A DNA stretch of 64,000 bases from Priapulus caudatus (Eukaryota): contig NW_014577061.1 in NCBI RefSeq assembly GCF_000485595.1, forward strand, positions 93,791 to 157,790, read 5' to 3'. This document shows positions 1 through 12,563 of the stretch, one piece after another. The notes beneath the pieces are model-generated. The model did no database searches. It was not told the origin of the DNA and was given only the letters and a program-made list of their open reading frames with translations. A program made the translations under genes and the position numbers. Within the stretch, counting starts at the first letter, position 1; the number at the start of each line of letters is the position of its first letter.

Positions 1-3000
1 CATTACACTTATTACACTGCTGACTCTCATTACACTTATTACACTACTGACACTCATTACACTTATTACACTGCTTACTCTCATTACACTTATTACACTG
101 CTTACACTCATTACACTTATTACACTGCTTACACTCATTACACTTATTACACTGCTTACTCTCATTACACTTATTACACTGCTTACTCTCATTACACTTA
201 TTACACTGCTGACTCTCATTACACTTTTCACTCTTACAATCTCATTACACATTATTTTACACTGCTACACTCATTACCTTATTTACACTGGCTGACTTCT
301 ATTACACTATTCACTGCGACTCTCCATTACAGACTTATTACACTGGCTGCACTCTCATTACACTTTTACACTGCTTACTTCATTAACTTATTACACTGAC
401 TTCTCTCATTACATTTATTTTTACACTGCTTACTTTCTTCATTACACTTTATTACACTGCTTACACCTCATTACACTTATTAACACTGCTTACCTCATTT
501 CACTTATTACCACTTGCTTACACTCATTTACCTTATACACTGCGACTCTCATACACTTATTACAACTGTGACTCTCATTACACTTATTTACATGCGAGCT
601 TTTCTCAATACATTATTACACTGCCTACTCTCATTACATTATTACACTGCTGACTCTCATACACTTTATTACACTGCTTACTCTCATTACACTATTACAA
701 CTGCTTACCTCTCATTTACACTGATTGCACTTGCTGACTCTCATTACACTTATTACACTGCTGACTCTCATTACACTTATTACACTGCTTACACTCATTA
801 CACTTATCACACTGCTGACTCTCATTACACTTTATTACACTCTTACTCTCATTACACTTCATTACACTGCTGACTCTCAGTACACTTATTCCACTGCTGA
901 CTCTCATTACACTTATTACACTGACTTACTCTCATTACACTTATACACTGCCTACTCTCATTACAGCTTATTACACTGCTGCTCTCATTACACTTATTAC
1001 CACTGCGACTCTCATTACACTTATACACTGGCTTACACTCATACACTTTATTACCCCTTCACTCTCTTACACTTATTACAACTGCTTACTCTTCGATTAC
1101 ATTATTCACGGCTGACTCTCATTACACTTATTATCACTGCTGACTCTCTTACACATTATTACCTGCTTAACTCTCAGTTTACACTCTTTACACTGCTAAC
1201 TTCCTACACTTATTACACTGCTATATTACTCTCATACACTTATTAATTGCTGACTCTCATTTACACTTATTACACTGGACTCTTCCATACACTTATCACA
1301 CTGCTTACTCTCATTCTACACTGATTACACTGCTTACTTCATTCCATTATTTACCACTGCTTACTCTCATTACACTTATTACACTGCTTACACTCATTAC
1401 ACTTTATGTACACTGCTTACTTCTTCATTATACTTACTACACTGCTACATCTCAGTACACTTATACCACTACTACACTCATTACACTTATTACACTGATT
1501 ACTCCATTCACTTTATTACACTGCTGACTCTCATTACACTTATTTACACTGCTTACTTCATTACACTTATTACTACTGCTACTCTCATTACACTGATTCA
1601 CTGCTGACTCTCATTACACTTATGGACAACTGCTGACTCTCATTACACTTATTACACTGCTTACTCTCATACACTTATTTACACTCTTACTCTCACTCAC
1701 TTATTACACTGCTGACTCTCATTACACTTAGTTTACCCTGCTGACTTCATTTACACTTTACACTGCTTACTCTCATTACACTATCACACTTGCTACTCGC
1801 ATTACATTATTACAGCTACTTCATTACACTATCACTGCTGACCTCTCATTACACTTTACACTGTTACTCTCATTACACTTATACTACGTTACTCCATTAC
1901 ACTTTATTACACTGCTTACTCTCATTACACTTATTACACTGCGACTTCATGTACACTTATTACACTGCTTACTCTCATTCACTTATTACACTGCTTACTC
2001 TCTTGACATTATTACATTGCCCTGACCTTATTACACTTATTAAGATGCTTACTCTCTACACTGATTACATCTCGCTGACTCATTACACTTTATTACCACT
2101 GCTTACTCTCATTACACTGATTACACTGCTTACTCTCATTTACAACTTATTACTCACTGCTGACTCTCATGTACACTTATTACAACTGCTGACGCTCATT
2201 TACACTTATCTACACTGCTTATCTCATACACTTATTACACTGTCTTACTCCTCATTACACTTATTACACTGCTTACTCTCTTACACTTATTACACTGACT
2301 TACTCTTCATTCACTTATTACGACTGCTGACTCTATTTACAATTATTACATGTGACTCTCATTACATTATTACACTGCTGACTTCATTACACTTATACAC
2401 TGCTTACTCTCATCTACACTTATTACACTGCTTATCTAATTACACTTTATACACTGCTTACTCTCATTTCACTTTTACACGCTTCTTCTCATTACACTTA
2501 TTACACTGCTTGACTTCTATTACACTTATTACACTGCTTATTCATTACACTTCATTACATGCCTTACTCTCATTACACTATTACACTGCTTACTCTCATT
2601 ACATTATACACTTACTTCATTAACATTCACTGCGATCTTATTACACTTATTCACTGCTTACTCTCATTTAACTTAGTACACGTGACTCCATTACACTTTT
2701 ACTACTGCTGCTCTCATACACTTATTACACTGCTTACTATCATTACATTTTCACTGCTACCTCATTACCACGTATTCACTGACACTCATACATTTCATGC
2801 GACACTCATACACTTATTCACGCTACTCTCAGTCACTTTTATTACACTGCTGACTCTCATATTACACTTATTACACAGTTACACTCATAACTATTACACT
2901 GCTCACTCTCATACACAATTACACTGCCTTACTCTCATTACACTTAGTGACACTGCTTGCTCTCATTGACACTTTTATTACCTGCTTGACTCTCATATTA

Positions 3001-4362
3001 CATTGATTCACGCTTACCTCATTACCTTATTACACTGCTTACTCTCATTAACACTTATTACACTGTGACTCTCATATACACTAGAGTCACGCGTGCTCTC
3101 ATTACACTTATACCTGCTTATCACTCATTAAGCTTATACACTGCTACCTATTACACTTATTTGCCACTGCTTTTACCTTATTCAACTTATTTACAGCTGA
3201 CTCTCATATTACACTTATTACACAGCTTACACTCATTGCACTTATTACACTGCTTACTCTCATTACACTTATTACACTTGCTGACTCTCATTGCATTATT
3301 CACTGCTGAACTCTCATTACACTTATTACCTGCTGACTCGCATTGACTTATACACTGCTTACTCTCATCTACACTGCTATCACCTCATTACACTTATTAA
3401 CCACTGCTTACTCTCATTACACTTATTACACTGCGCTTACTCTCATTACACTTATTACACTGCCTTACTCTCATTACACTTATTACACTGCTGACTCTCA
3501 TTACACTTATTCACTGCTTACTCTCATTACACTTATTACACTGCCTGTCTCTCATTACACTTATTTACACTGTGCACTTCATTGCACTTGTTACACTGGC
3601 TTACACTTCATCTACACTTATACACTTCTGACTCTCATTACACTTATTACACTTGCGTCTCTCATTTACACTTGAGTACACTGCTTATCTCCATTAACAC
3701 TATTACACTGCTTACTCTCCATACACTTTATTACCTGCTGACTGTCATTACACTATTTACACTGCTTACACTCACTACCTTATTACCACTGCTTACTTCT
3801 CATTTATACTTTATTTACACGACTGACCTCATTACATGATCTACACTCTGACAACCCATTTGCACTTATTACACTGCGACTCTCATACCACTTATTACAC
3901 GCCTTACTCTCATTCACTTATTACACTGCTTACTCTCATTACACTTATTACACTGCTTTACTCTCATTCACCTTATTTACATGCCTTACTCTCAATTACA
4001 TCTTTATTACACTGCTTACTCTCATACTTATTACACTGCTGGACTCTTCATTACACTTATTACACTGATTACTCTTATTACCACTTATTATATGCTTGAC
4101 TCTTCATTACATCTTATTACACGCTTACTCTCATTACATTATTTACACTGCCACTCTCATTTACACTTATTACCACTGCTTGTACTCTCAATACATCTTA
4201 TTACACGCTTACTCTCATTACACTTATTACACTGCTTACTCTCATTACACTTATTACACTGCTGACTCTCATTACACTTATTACACTGCTTACTCTCATT
4301 ACACTTATTACACTGCTTACTCTCATTACACTTATTACACTGCTTACTCTCATTGCACTGCT
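1..4362. repeat. Tandem satellite, 27-bp unit CATTACACTTATTACACTGCT(G/T)ACTCT; extends beyond the window start
   Basis: The unit is directly visible and gives a 9-aa periodicity in the ORF track (SHYTYYTAY). Copies are clean at 1-225 and ~4200-4350 and indel-rich in between. Confidence 0.97.
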
Positions 4363-4642
4363 CATGCGTGCCTACAATGATGTGTGATGCAACGGGATGT
4401 GTTCGGCACATAAGTAGAGATCTTTATTCTGGTTAATTCAATAGAGGTTATTGTGTACTATGTACAGTTAATAACATCTACTGCTACCAAAATATTACGT
4501 CCCTTTATATATAAGAAAAGCGCAATCCGTCAGTATCAAGTCAGTATCAGTCATAAGTGGTGCAAAGTGCTGGCAAATATATCTAAGAAATGCCTGTGTG
4601 AGTAAATGCCCTAGATTTTTCTCATATCAAGCTTTCATATAT

Positions 4643-4757
4643 CAGGAGTGTATAATGATAAATATTTTGTAATACTTGATAACAAACATTTGTCAACCAA
4701 CGTTTCGTCAAGCGTTTGTCATACATAATGACAAACATTTGTCATTATACACGCCTG
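4643..4757. mobile_element. P-element-type MITE (CAGGAGTGTATAATGA...TCATTATACACGCCTG)
   Basis: Imperfect terminal inverted repeats with CA...TG ends. 7-bp TSD CATATAT at 4636-4642 and 4758-4764. Confidence 0.75.
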
Positions 4758-5574
4758 CATATATCAACCTTGTACAATACAAAGTACTCGGTATTATATG
4801 ACAGTTAGACAAGGGCTCGCAGGTGTAATTCATTTTTATTGACATAATATTATGTAATCATCTTGAAATTATTATGGTATTTTAAAGTCGATTACGGCTC
4901 AATTAGCATAACGATGTTTCGGGCATGTAGGAGGCATGTATTTCTGCAAATAGAGACCGTGCTCGTCGGCAACGATGAACAGTTTCCGATCAATTATGCA
5001 GAGGTGGTAAGCAAATTAAATGAGTAGCAGAGAGCAACGAACCCTCGGAACCTATACGCAGTAATAGTAACAGCTATGGAAGACATAATGCGGTGAACTT
5101 CACACGAAATGTCAGGTCATGTGCATTTTCGACCGAGAAATAGACTCCTGATCTGCACCGACATTTCCCGCGATATATCTCTTACTATAGACGCCCCATA
5201 AAATTTGGATGTACGGAGAGTGAATCTGACCTTTACTGAAGGTCAACGTGCTTCGAAATACACACAGCCGCATGCGTCGCTGCCGCCATCTGTTAAATCA
5301 TTCACGTGAATGTCATTGATGTGTGGAGAAGCGGTATATATATATATATATGCGTTCCACGGGGGTATATGCTGCATGTTGCTGGTAATCTACGTTAATT
5401 TATATTACGTATATTACGTAGATACGTATTTTAATTACGTTATTAGCAGAACACCTGGTTGAGATGCAAATGGGAACATATTTGGCCATCAGCAATTTTC
5501 GTGCCATAATCAACGCAGCTCAAACAAAAGTTCGCCCCCTCTTATCTATGGCTGGCCGGTTCTTGGCGATGCAC

Positions 5575-5982
5575 TACTACTACTACTCAGCGGACGCATC
5601 CGAGATCGAGTTCACAATGCCATGCCACCATCCATCATCAGTGTCTGCATGTCCGCTATGTCATGCTGGATATCCCTTGCAATGCGGTCAATGTTGTTCA
5701 GTGGCCGTCTTCCTCTGGTTGGGCACGGCAGTCTCAAACAGATCACATTAGATATAATTTGGTCTTTGGCATGAAAGCAGTGACCAGCAAAGCGTGTTCT
5801 GCGACAAGCTACAATGGTAGAAATGGGTGGTATGTCTCCATAGATCTCTGCTTTGTGTTGTGTTCCCGCCAGCTGATGTTCTAAACTCTCATAAGAAGCC
5901 GAGTATATGTGCCATCTAGCCGGTCCTGCAGAGCCTTCTCCATGGTTCACGCCGCTGATCCATATAAGAGACGATACATATA
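5575..5982 (-). mobile_element. 5'-truncated RTE-clade non-LTR retrotransposon (3' end of ORF, degenerate)
   Basis: Minus strand encodes LLYGS..TMEKALQDRLDGTYTRLLMRV.NISWREH / EIYGDIPPISTIVACRRTRFAGHCF...RGRRP, typical of an RTE C-terminus. (TAG)n tail at 5575-5588. 10-bp TSD GGCGATGCAC at 5565-5574 and 5983-5992. Confidence 0.85.
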
Positions 5983-6511
5983 GGCGATGCACACTGCTGT
6001 TATAAATTCACTTTTTATCTTGGATAGTAATCTGTGAATATTAAAAGGAATCCAAAAAGGATCGAGAACGAAGCATGGGCAATGGGCAGAAACTGTGACT
6101 CTGCTCTATATCTAGTAGAACTTAGGTAGGCATTTTCGTTGAACTTCCCCGGTGAATTAGCGCAGAGTGGTGGCATATTATGTGGCTGTTCACGCTTTCC
6201 CCTCATTTTAAAACACGAGGCGCCAATGAGTTTTCCATTAGTTTTGTTATTCATTGCAACGCCCGTGTCAACTGTTGTCGCACTAATCGAAAAACATTCA
6301 CCTAAATCACGTTGCGAAGGACGTTTAAAACAGCGGGACACAGTCAAATTGCTTGCCATCTAACCACATCGATCGCTGGCCTATGTGAGCTGCCTATATT
6401 AATAACAACGTCTGCACGACGCATCAAAAACACGGGGTTTCCCAATTCGCTGGATGTATTAAGGATCCCGCAATACTTTTCCTCGTCTAGACGCGGCTGA
6501 TATGACTTGTG

Positions 6512-6531
6512 TAATGATGATGATGCTGATG

Positions 6532-6566
<35 letters not shown>

Positions 6567-6620
6567 GAAGAAGAATAAAACGAGACAAACGAAAACCAAC
6601 ACCACTACTACTACCACTAA
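6512..6620. repeat. Compound microsatellite (ATG)n/(ATA)n/(ACT)n
   Basis: Direct inspection. Confidence 0.85.
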
Positions 6621-7677
6621 TTATATTTTTAACTATATACTTGAAATTATAAATGTTGTTAACATTACGATTATTAAAATCGGTATCATCAACGCTTTGT
6701 CGGCGTGCGTTCAGGCGAGCGAGCAGCAGGCGCGATTGCAGCCCTGTTATATCCGTCATATTCATCATCGCGAAAGCTATATAGGTGTCTTAAATGTCAC
6801 GGAGCGATGCGATTCTTCCAGTGAGAGCGTTTTCGAACGCGCGGGTACCTAATGCAGCGTGCATGACGAGCAATCCATGCGCGGCGTTATAGGAATTTAT
6901 GCATTGATCGAGTTTTGTTGCTCCTCCCGCCCCCACGCGCGAGGCGACGACTTATTCGGAACGACACAAGCGAATTAAGGCACCGATGCTTGCGCGCGCG
7001 TGTGTGTGTATAATCTGCCACTGTTCGTCTGCTATGCGTGCTCTATACTGCGGCAATCTGCTTCCCTCTTGATCTCTGACGACTCACCTAGCTTCTCTTT
7101 CTCTCCATCTCTTATACCTCGGTCTGCCTTGCACATACGCGCACTCTCGTACAATTCCACGCGTTCTGTTAGCTCTATATATCCGTTAGTTCTGCAAGCG
7201 CGTACGTACGTATTCATACACGCACATACGTGCGAAGCAAAAGCCAAATTCTCTTGTTCTATTCATACATTCACATTATTCGCCAATGTGCAACGTACTA
7301 CACACACTTGTACGTCCGCATCAATACATGCGCACGAGTGCCCACACACATGTTAGATCCGACAGCCTATTACAGTACCCTATGTTGTGCGTAGCAATTC
7401 GCGTGAACACACACGGAACCCTGTCGAGAGAAAAAAAACACCTCATTAATCTACGTTTCTTTCGCAGACGTGCTTGTTCGCATAGTCTCGAATACAAATG
7501 TAAATTGGCTGAAGTTGAAAAAAATCGCTTAGATATATTACGTATACGCTTCTCTAGACAAATCACTACGCGTTAAATTTGTGAAATAAATGTCGAGTTT
7601 CTTCGAGCAGCTTCAGGTATAACATAGATAAATCATTCAGAATAATATGTGGCATGGCAATAGTGCATTGGTAATAC

Positions 7678-7819
7678 CAGGGGTGAATTATGACAAATTA
7701 TTTTTCCCCATTATAATGATTTAATTATTTTTAATGCTAATTCAATTTAATTCAAGTAATTCAAATCTTCTTCTTTTTTTTAATTATAACGACAAATCGT
7801 TGTCATTATTAACCACCAG
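7678..7819. mobile_element. Degenerate P-type MITE of the CAGGGGT..TAATGACAAA family
   Basis: Left end CAGGGGTGAATTATGACAAA and right end TTGTCATTATTAACCACCAG. Same motif as the copies at 38263, 58936 and 61119. No clear TSD. Confidence 0.5.
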
Positions 7820-8012
7820 GACCCGGTTCTACAGTCGTGGATTAACTCTTAACTCTGAGTTAAATTCCTTAACTCTGAGTTAAAAGTTAACTCCGAGTTA
7901 AATTCCGTTCCACAGTCGTGGATTAACTTTAACTCTGAGTTAAATATGCCTAACTCTGAGTTAAAATTTAACGCTGGTATGAACCTAGATTAAACTCTTA
8001 ACTCAGGGTTAA
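7820..8012. mobile_element. Orphan end of a non-autonomous DNA transposon (PIF/Harbinger-like) with an array of near-palindromic TTAACTCTGAGTTAA motifs
   Basis: CCGGTTCTACAGTCGTGGATTAAC / CCGTTCCACAGTCGTGGATTAAC occur as a repeated pair, with about 6 TTAACTC(T/C)GAGTTAA units. No partner end was found. Confidence 0.5.
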
Positions 8013-9574
8013 AAATCAAGTTACATTCGATTTAGTTATAGATAGTCTTCGGTATAATCCTTTAGACTAGTTTCTACGAGGTTAGTTTAGCTCTGGGGTA
8101 CTAGTACTAGAGCGAATTAGTTTATCTAGTACTGCCCCGTGTCCGATCCCCCGCTGCCGCTGGAACATAGGTGTTTGTTTACGTTTGGCGTACATTGGTC
8201 GGCCATTGATGGCGTACCAACGCTGATCCAGGCATCCGTACTGTGATAATATGGGAAAGTGTACGATATTTAGCAATATCGCAATAACCGCAGTTGTTAA
8301 AGCGCCGTGCTACTGACGCGAACGTTACTGGTTGAATCACCGCATTGGCAAAATATTTTCCATCATTCATTGCTGCCGGTTTTCATTATAACTTTTTTTC
8401 ATTACACCTTCTACCATGTTCGTGCGTCTATCGTCTATGCGTCTATCATGCGTCTATCGTGTTCATATGTTCGTTTTGATGTGGTAAAGTCGCAGCCAGT
8501 CGGGTAATTATAACTTCTTGTATTAACTCTGAATGCGGCGTTGCCAGTAATAGTACTTTGGCTCAATTTCGTAAATGCTGCTAGAAAGGTTTTAGACATC
8601 CAAGAAAAAGCGTTACAAGAAATCGTACGTTGACTGAGCAACTGCAGTCGCACAGTACAGTACGTTGAGGCGAATATAGTATATATATATAGTCATATAT
8701 AGTATGTTGGGTTTATATCACTCCCACAAGACGTGTCCTATACATGACCTATCGCACAAATATAGGACGTCATTGTGACGTTGTCGGCCATGCTTGCCAA
8801 AGACGCAGATGCAGATGCGGGCAGTAATGACCTTTAATAATCCTGAAGATTACTTGGCTCCGTGCCGCAAATACTATTACTTCAAAGCAACAATTTCAAT
8901 AGAGAAATCGATATAAATAGCTCGCAAGTTAAACTATAATTTCCATTAATTAAAAGTCTATTCATCCCAGCCGTGTGAAAATCTAAGCCACCTAAACGGG
9001 CATAAAACGTAAACGCAAATCGCATACTGGATTATACATGAGGTGATACATGAGGTAAGACGGGTTCCATCACGAACAGTTGAAACATGCATGATGTTAA
9101 GAATGCTGGCTTAACGGCCAGTACGTATCATGCGATCGTGCGCGTGCACAAAATGACGTAGTTTAACAGAAAACTGTCTATTCGGTTTTTTATCGGACTA
9201 AATAAGTGTGCGAGCTATGCTAGGGTAGGTGGTTTAAATGTTAAAAGATAGGAAGTTCGGCCTTCCTATTCGTTTCTTTCTAAGTATTCATTGTCCACCT
9301 ATGCCCTTAATCCAGATAACGTACCACGCGCAGAATCGCTATGGCATATAGATTTGTTAACTATAAAAAGCCACATATGATGCGGTTATAATTTTGTCAC
9401 AATGCAAACGTCCGGACATGTATAAATATATATAAGCATATATAAGTACGTGTGCCCATAGAAGTCTTAACACTGAAGATAGTGATATGCGGAGAAACTC
9501 TACATTTGATCTTTGCTGTTAGTGTGTTCGTGTGACGTAATGTGGGTGGGTGGTCGGAGGGCGGTGACATTGGG

Positions 9575-10126
9575 TGTGCTCTTTACTTAAGTCGCCTGCT
9601 TTTCTTACATTTAAATTCATGTTTATTTAGTAAGAAGGCATGCGCGTATTGACGTTAACTCCTATGCTTTTCTCCCATGTGGAATCGCTTATCTAGTAAG
9701 AAAGCATGCGCGTGTTGTACTTAACCCCACTTCTTTTCTCACCCGTGGAATCATGCTTATCTAGGAAGAAGACTAGCGCGTGTTGATACTTAATTCCTAT
9801 GCTTTTCTCACCCGTAGAATCGGTTATCTAGTAACAAGGCAGACGCGTGTTGTAGTTAATTCATACGGTTTTCGCACACGTGGAATCACGCTTATCTAAT
9901 AAGAAGCCTGGTACGTGTCGTAGTTAATTCGTTTTCTTTTCGCACCTATGGAATTATGTTTATCTTGAAAGAGGACAGGCCTGTGTTGTAGTTAATTCCT
10001 ATGGTTGTATCACATCTGGAATCACGCTTATCAGATAGGAAGCCTGGTACGTATTGTAGTTAATTCGCCTTTCTTTCTTACCCGTGGAATCACCTTTATC
10101 TTGTAAGAAATCAGGCGCGAGTTGTA
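9575..10126. repeat. Degenerate ~68-bp minisatellite, ~8.5 copies; the last unit continues at 12564-12605 after the pogo insertion
   Basis: Recurring GCGCGTGTTGTAGTTAATTC...GTGGAATC..CTTATCTAGTAAGAAG, with units starting near 9642, 9708, 9776, 9843, 9911, 9979, 10047 and 10115. Confidence 0.85.
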
Positions 10127-12563
10127 GGGGAACATGGGGTAAAACGAGGTTTTGCTATATTTTTAATTCTACAGTACTGCCATCTTTTATACATACTCTG
10201 AACTATTCATTACGTCAGAGAGACCTCGTGTAGCATGTGTTGTGAAGAAGAAGACATTTCAGGTAAATATGGTTCAAAATTATCGATTTTTCAACATTTT
10301 CTTAAAATATAAGGGTTGTCTATGATGTGCTGCTATTTGTCTCAGAACAATGGCATCCAAATAAATAGTTTCTGGTTTTGAACTAGGTAGACTTGGCATG
10401 ATTAAGGGTAATTAACTTTTGACATTGAATAAGCCTTGCGAAATTTGTCGGCCATTTTTCTGACTGGAATGCTTGGGGCAAAATGGGGTGGGTGTCCCCA
10501 TTTTGCCCCATTATCATTCTGTTGGAAAGTAAATAAGATATATGTTGGTATTTCCTAATTTTGACTTTCCTTTCTTTTAAATAGCATGGTTCGAAAGTAC
10601 AAACGTAAGACTGACCGACAAAGTTGGTTGGAGAAATCTATGGGACAGGCAATTGAAGATGTGGTATATGGTGTAATGGGATACAGGAAAGCCTCAGCCC
10701 AGTACAATGTGCCACAGACTACACTTGAAAGACGGGTTATGAAATACCGTGAAGACCCAGATGTAGCCACAGCTACCCAAAAATGTCTGGGTAAATACAA
10801 ACCAATCTTCACCACAGAACAAGAGGATGAGCTGGTTCAGTACCTCAAGCTGTGGAGGCAAAACTATTTGGATTTAGCACCAAAGAATTACGAATGCTGG
10901 CATTTTAACTAGCTGAACGAAACAAGATACCACATCCATTTAACAGAAAAGATGAGATGGCTGGGGTAGATTGCCTAGAAGGCTTCATATAAAGAGACAT
11001 GCAGACCTATCACTGTGTAAACCAGAACCGACTTCAGCTGCCCGAGCGATGGGCTTCAACACAGTTGCAGTCTCTAAGTTTTTTGACTTGCTAGACCGAC
11101 TTGTTGATAAATACAAACTGACACCAAATCAGATTTTTAACTGTGACGAAACAGGGGTAAGAACTGTGTCGAAAAGTCACCAGAAACTCATTGCATTGAA
11201 GGGACGCCGCCAAGTGGGAACGCTTACGTCTGCAGAGAGGGGCCAACTGGTTACAATAGAGATTTGTTTTTGTGCAGATGGTTTATATATGCCACCGATG
11301 CTAATCGTCCATCGGAAGCGTATGATGCCAGAGCTGTTGGATGGGGCTCCACCAGGTGCATGGGCCGAATGTCATCCGAGTGGGTGGATGCAGTCAGATA
11401 TCTTCATGGCATGGTTCAAGCGATTCATTACATTTTCCTGTGCAAGCAAAGAGTCACCAGTGTTATTACTTCTGGATGAACATGCTACACACACCAAAAA
11501 CATTGACCTAATTGACCTTGCTCGTGAAAATGGTGTAATTTTGCTGTGCTTTCCACCACACTGCACACATCGTATGCAGCCACTAGACGTAAGTTTCGTG
11601 AAACCTCCCAGTACATATATATATACAGTAGTGATGAGATAAAATCTTGGCTTTGCACACATTCAGGGCGTGTTGTTACACAATACCAGATTGCAAGCTT
11701 GTTTGGTAAAGCGTTTATACAAGCAGCAAATGCATATGGGTTTCGCAAAACTGGAATCTGGCCAAGTCAACGTAATGTCTTCAAAGAAGTGGATTTTTTG
11801 GCAGCTGAAACAACAGATATCGAGATTCCTGTCATACAACCAGAGCACCAGGATGACCCTTAATTTCAAGCAGGGGCAGATGATGTTCCTGAAATGCAAC
11901 CAGATGACCTTCCTAAAGTGCAGCCACAGCCATTGTTTTCGACTCCAGATAAAATACCTGAACCCCAACCCGGTTGTTCATCATGGGCTGATATCTCGGT
12001 AATTTCACCTGACACCCAACTCAGCAGCAGTCAGACAAACAAGCATAAATCTATGTATAATAACACATCTGTGGAGGCAATTGTTCCAGTACCAAAGGTG
12101 ACTGCCAAGAAACCTAGAGTGAGTAACGTTAGACGTGGAAAAACTGTTGTTCTTACAGAGTCGCCATACAAACAAGAGCTTCATCAACAACAGCTGACAA
12201 AGGAAACCATAAGGAGTCTGAGCTTAGAGGGGAAGGATGCTCCACAGAAGAAACATGTCAGAAAAAGGGCTAAACCAAAAACATCGGATAAAGCTTTGAA
12301 AAAATCCTACAAAGACGATGAAGATGACATGTTTTATCATATAACCCCCATTTTGCCCCGAGTATGGGGCAAAATGGGGACATCCTGTAATTTTGTTTAT
12401 TGTAAATTTTTAAGTAACAAGTTGGAAGAAATCCCAAACAATTTTAATTTGTAAAAGGTTATTATTAGTTTATATTTTTAATAAAGTTCCAAGTTTGTAA
12501 GAACTCACCTCTTCGTGTAATGACCCTCTAAAATTAGCGTCCTCGTTTTGCCCCATGTTCCCC
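10127..12563 (+). mobile_element. Full-length pogo-superfamily (Fot-like) DNA transposon, 2437 bp
   Basis: 23-bp TIRs GGGGAACATGGGG(T/C)AAAACGAGG at 10127-10149 and 12541-12563. TA TSD at 10125-10126 and 12564-12565. Contains a transposase pseudogene. Confidence 0.95.
10586..12330 (+). pseudogene. pogo/CENP-B-like DDE_1 transposase, frameshifted and with stops
   Basis: N-terminal pipsqueak-type HTH (MVRKYKRKT...MGYRKASAQYNVPQTTLERRV). Catalytic motifs NCDETG, LLLDEH and QPLDV, with 36 residues between D2 and D3. Split over ORFs 10586-10912, 10971-11642, 11546-11863 and 11894-12454. Confidence 0.9.

Noticed and set aside
514..4411. Numerous ORFs up to 277 aa (HYTYYTA, LITL and KCNES repeats)
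   Set aside because: They are translations of the 27-bp satellite.
1..10126. CRISPR-like periodicity in the 27-bp and 68-bp arrays
   Set aside because: Units are contiguous with no unique spacers, there are no cas genes, and the context is eukaryotic.
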